From contig JAWXAQ010000036.1 in assembly GCA_034439575.1 (NCBI GenBank), forward strand, positions 32,001 to 96,000: a DNA stretch of 64,000 nt, read 5' to 3'. The stretch comes from Leptospira sp. (GTDB lineage: Bacteria; Spirochaetota; Leptospiria; Leptospirales; Leptospiraceae). Shown one piece after another: positions 62,057 through 64,000 of the stretch (position 1 is the first letter of the stretch; each line of letters begins with the position of its first letter). Both the position numbers and the translations under genes were made by a program. The notes beneath the pieces are model-generated. The model made no database searches. It was not told the origin of the DNA and saw only the letters and a program-made list of their open reading frames with translations.

Positions 62057-62761
62057 TTAATTTATTAATCTTTGTTTCAATTTTTTTGAAAAATCTAATG
62101 TACGTTTAATAAATTTGATCTTGGATTTTATTCCCGTATTCCAACTTGAATGCCCATGAATTCGCGGCGGGAATAAAACATCAAATCGAATCAAATTTAA
62201 TTTTTTGACTTTTGCAAGATAGTATGCATATAGATCTAATGAGAAATCAAACGGTGGGTCAATCCATGATTCAAAAAAGCTTTTATGGAATAAATTTGGT
62301 TGTGCATTGATATCCCAGAAAATTTTTTTCAAATACATACTTTCAAATAGGCTCATACCAATTGTGAAAAAAAGGTCAAATATCCCTCTACCTTTTCTAT
62401 TTCCTTTAACGTATGATAGATGAGGTTCTTTTGAAAATTCCAACAATTCAAGAGCCTTTAGCAAATCAGAAGGATCAGTTTGCATATCGGCGTGAGTCCA
62501 ACCCAAAAATTCTCCTTTTGCAATTTTTAAACCAGTAAGAATTCCATAACCGTAACCTTGATTTATTTCAACATTAGCGATTTTTAAAAACTCAAACTTG
62601 GTTTTTAGCAAATTTAATTCATTCGCCGAATTGTCAGTCGAACCATTGTTAACTAATATTATTTCTATATCCTTTCTATTTATCACAGAATGCAATTTAT
62701 TTAACAACAATGGTAAATTCTTTTCTTCATTATAACAAGGGATGACGATTGATAATTTCAT
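62057..62761 (-). CDS. GT2 glycosyltransferase (polyprenol-phosphate sugar synthase-like)
   Basis: SIVIPCYNEE, VNNGSTD, NQGYG, THADMQTDP, R..G.SSW. Confidence 0.88.
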   Translation of the reverse strand: MKLSIVIPCYNEEKNLPLLLNKLHSVINRKDIEIILVNNGSTDNSANELNLLKTKFEFLKIANVEINQGYGYGILTGLKIAKGEFLGWTHADMQTDPSDLLKALELLEFSKEPHLSYVKGNRKGRGIFDLFFTIGMSLFESMYLKKIFWDINAQPNLFHKSFFESWIDPPFDFSLDLYAYYLAKVKKLNLIRFDVLFPPRIHGHSSWNTGIKSKIKFIKRTLDFSKKLKQRLIN

Positions 62762-62780
62762 CTTTATTTCCAGATTTATA

Positions 62781-63542
62781 TTAGTAAGCTATTTGGAAAA
62801 AATGTTTCCAATATTCATAAGTTTTTAGATCATTTGGTGTGCCATAACATAAGTAATGATCAATTTCAAATACTTTCACTTTTTGTTTTTTTTCAATCAA
62901 TTCATTCATCAATTCATCAATATAAAATTCATTATTGATTCTTCGATTTTTTGAAAACATTACTTCATAAGCATTAAAAAAATCTTTCGCTTTTTTAAAA
63001 TAGAATGAACCAACAATCGCATGATCTTGCACTGGATTATCAGAAATGGGAATTTTGCAAGAAACTGAAATAGCATTATTGCCTTCTGTTTTTACCCATC
63101 CGTACATTTTTGGATTTCGTTTAACAGTCGCATTATTTCTAAAAGTCCAGATACATGCATCTACTTGCGCATCATTCAAAATTTTTTTCCATTCCAGTTC
63201 ATTCCAGGTCATTCCATTGTCACACGGCCCGATAAATAATTCAGAATTTTCTGGAATCAGATCCTTTGCAAGTGAAGCGGTAGTCGCCTGACCCTCTGTT
63301 AAATAATCTATAGAGATAAATTTAGAATTTGGAAATTCCTTTAATAAGGTTTCCTTAAGAGGAAATTGAGATTGATGTTCTTCTCTTATAACAAATATCC
63401 AAAGATCTGCTTGAGGTAAAGATTGACAAGCTTCTATAATCATTGGTTTTCCATTAACATCAATTAGTGGTTTAGGTAAAGTATAGCCTTCATCAGAGAA
63501 TCTTTTTCCAGCTCCTGCCATTGGGATCAAATTAACTCGCAT
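62781..63542 (-). CDS. Sugar nucleotidyltransferase-like protein (PMAG type)
   Basis: LIPMAGAGKRF...GY..PKPLI, T.GQA.T, NNEFY.D, GTP.DL. Confidence 0.85.
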   Translation of the reverse strand: MRVNLIPMAGAGKRFSDEGYTLPKPLIDVNGKPMIIEACQSLPQADLWIFVIREEHQSQFPLKETLLKEFPNSKFISIDYLTEGQATTASLAKDLIPENSELFIGPCDNGMTWNELEWKKILNDAQVDACIWTFRNNATVKRNPKMYGWVKTEGNNAISVSCKIPISDNPVQDHAIVGSFYFKKAKDFFNAYEVMFSKNRRINNEFYIDELMNELIEKKQKVKVFEIDHYLCYGTPNDLKTYEYWKHFFQIAY

Positions 63543-63957
63543 TATACTGCCCTGATTCCTTTTTCTTTTTATTATTAAAAACGAAAAAATTCGTTCCGAG
63601 AAAATTCAAAATTGTTGAGATACAAATTGCAAAGATATTTCCGATTTGAGCATTGAATAAAGCGATATCGTCAACTATGAATTTTAAGAAAATCGTACTA
63701 AGCACAAGGGAAAATGTATAAACGATTAAATATTTAAAAAATACATCCTTATGTGTAACATCTGCTTGTTTTTTATATGTCCAAGTTTTATTTAAAAAGT
63801 AACCAACAATTAATCCAATTACATATCCCATTATGGAAGAGATGATATAATGCATAAAATTCATAAATAAAGTAAATGAAAGATAATTTATTATGGTACT
63901 TATGCCACCAACAATTAAGAAACGAATCAAATTTTTGAATGTCTGATTCAGAATCAT
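63532..63957 (-). CDS. GtrA-family flippase
   Basis: IRFLIVGGIST.INY, GY.LNK.WT, NFLG...FVF; four TM helices. Confidence 0.88.
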   Translation of the reverse strand: MILNQTFKNLIRFLIVGGISTIINYLSFTLFMNFMHYIISSIMGYVIGLIVGYFLNKTWTYKKQADVTHKDVFFKYLIVYTFSLVLSTIFLKFIVDDIALFNAQIGNIFAICISTILNFLGTNFFVFNNKKKKESGQYNAS

Positions 63958-64000
63958 TTTGTTTTTGTAAAAAAATTAGACCAATACAAATATTCTTCAA
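63954..64000 (-). CDS. 3' end of an upstream gene, probably a second PMAG-type nucleotidyltransferase
   Basis: Hand translation ...EEYLYWSNFFTKTK* with an ATGA overlap onto gtrA; resembles KTYEYWKHFF at the end of 62781-63542. Confidence 0.55.
   Translation of the reverse strand, partial: EEYLYWSNFFTKTK

Noticed and set aside
63788-64000. 70-aa minus-strand ORF at the window end
   Set aside because: It overlaps gtrA out of frame. The upstream gene tail reads in another frame and stops at 63954.
1-64000. CRISPR arrays, tRNA/rRNA, IS elements, integrases, prophage or defence genes; remaining short antisense ORFs in the track
   Set aside because: I saw no spaced direct repeats, cloverleaf-like segments or transposase/integrase motifs by eye. 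The short ORFs nest in strong genes. A covariance-model scan was not possible, so small RNAs could be missed.

Overview
AT-rich bacterial chromosomal segment, most likely from a Leptospira (spirochaete-type lipoprotein signal peptides; Leptospira-like rodA/mrdA/mreCD/ribF block). This is a judgement from sequence style, not a database result. In order, the window holds: a divergent haem-uptake locus (hmuUT versus lipoprotein-hmuY-TonB receptor); a DesT/FabR-regulated fatty-acid desaturase operon; creBCD with a frameshifted creC; acyl-CoA metabolism genes; a czcCBA-type heavy-metal RND pump with a small leader ORF; glpT and sensor kinases; an AraC/CocE pair; the mreC-mreD-mrdA-rodA block with no adjacent mreB; a Crp/Fnr-regulated norCBQD nitric-oxide reductase with a di-haem NorC; acyltransferases; a TetR/hydrolase pair; and the end of a low-GC GtrA/GT2/nucleotidyltransferase glycosylation cluster. 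I saw no rRNA, tRNA, CRISPR array or IS element. The strongest new-looking signal is upstream of czcCBA. A signal-peptide/His/CxxC leader ORF ends in RPP, and those codons base-pair with the czcC Shine-Dalgarno in a long hairpin, suggesting a metal-sensing ribosome-stalling switch. Other highlights are a poly-T frameshift in creC, paired Fur-like boxes, and a TetR operator written into the first codons of a hydrolase gene.
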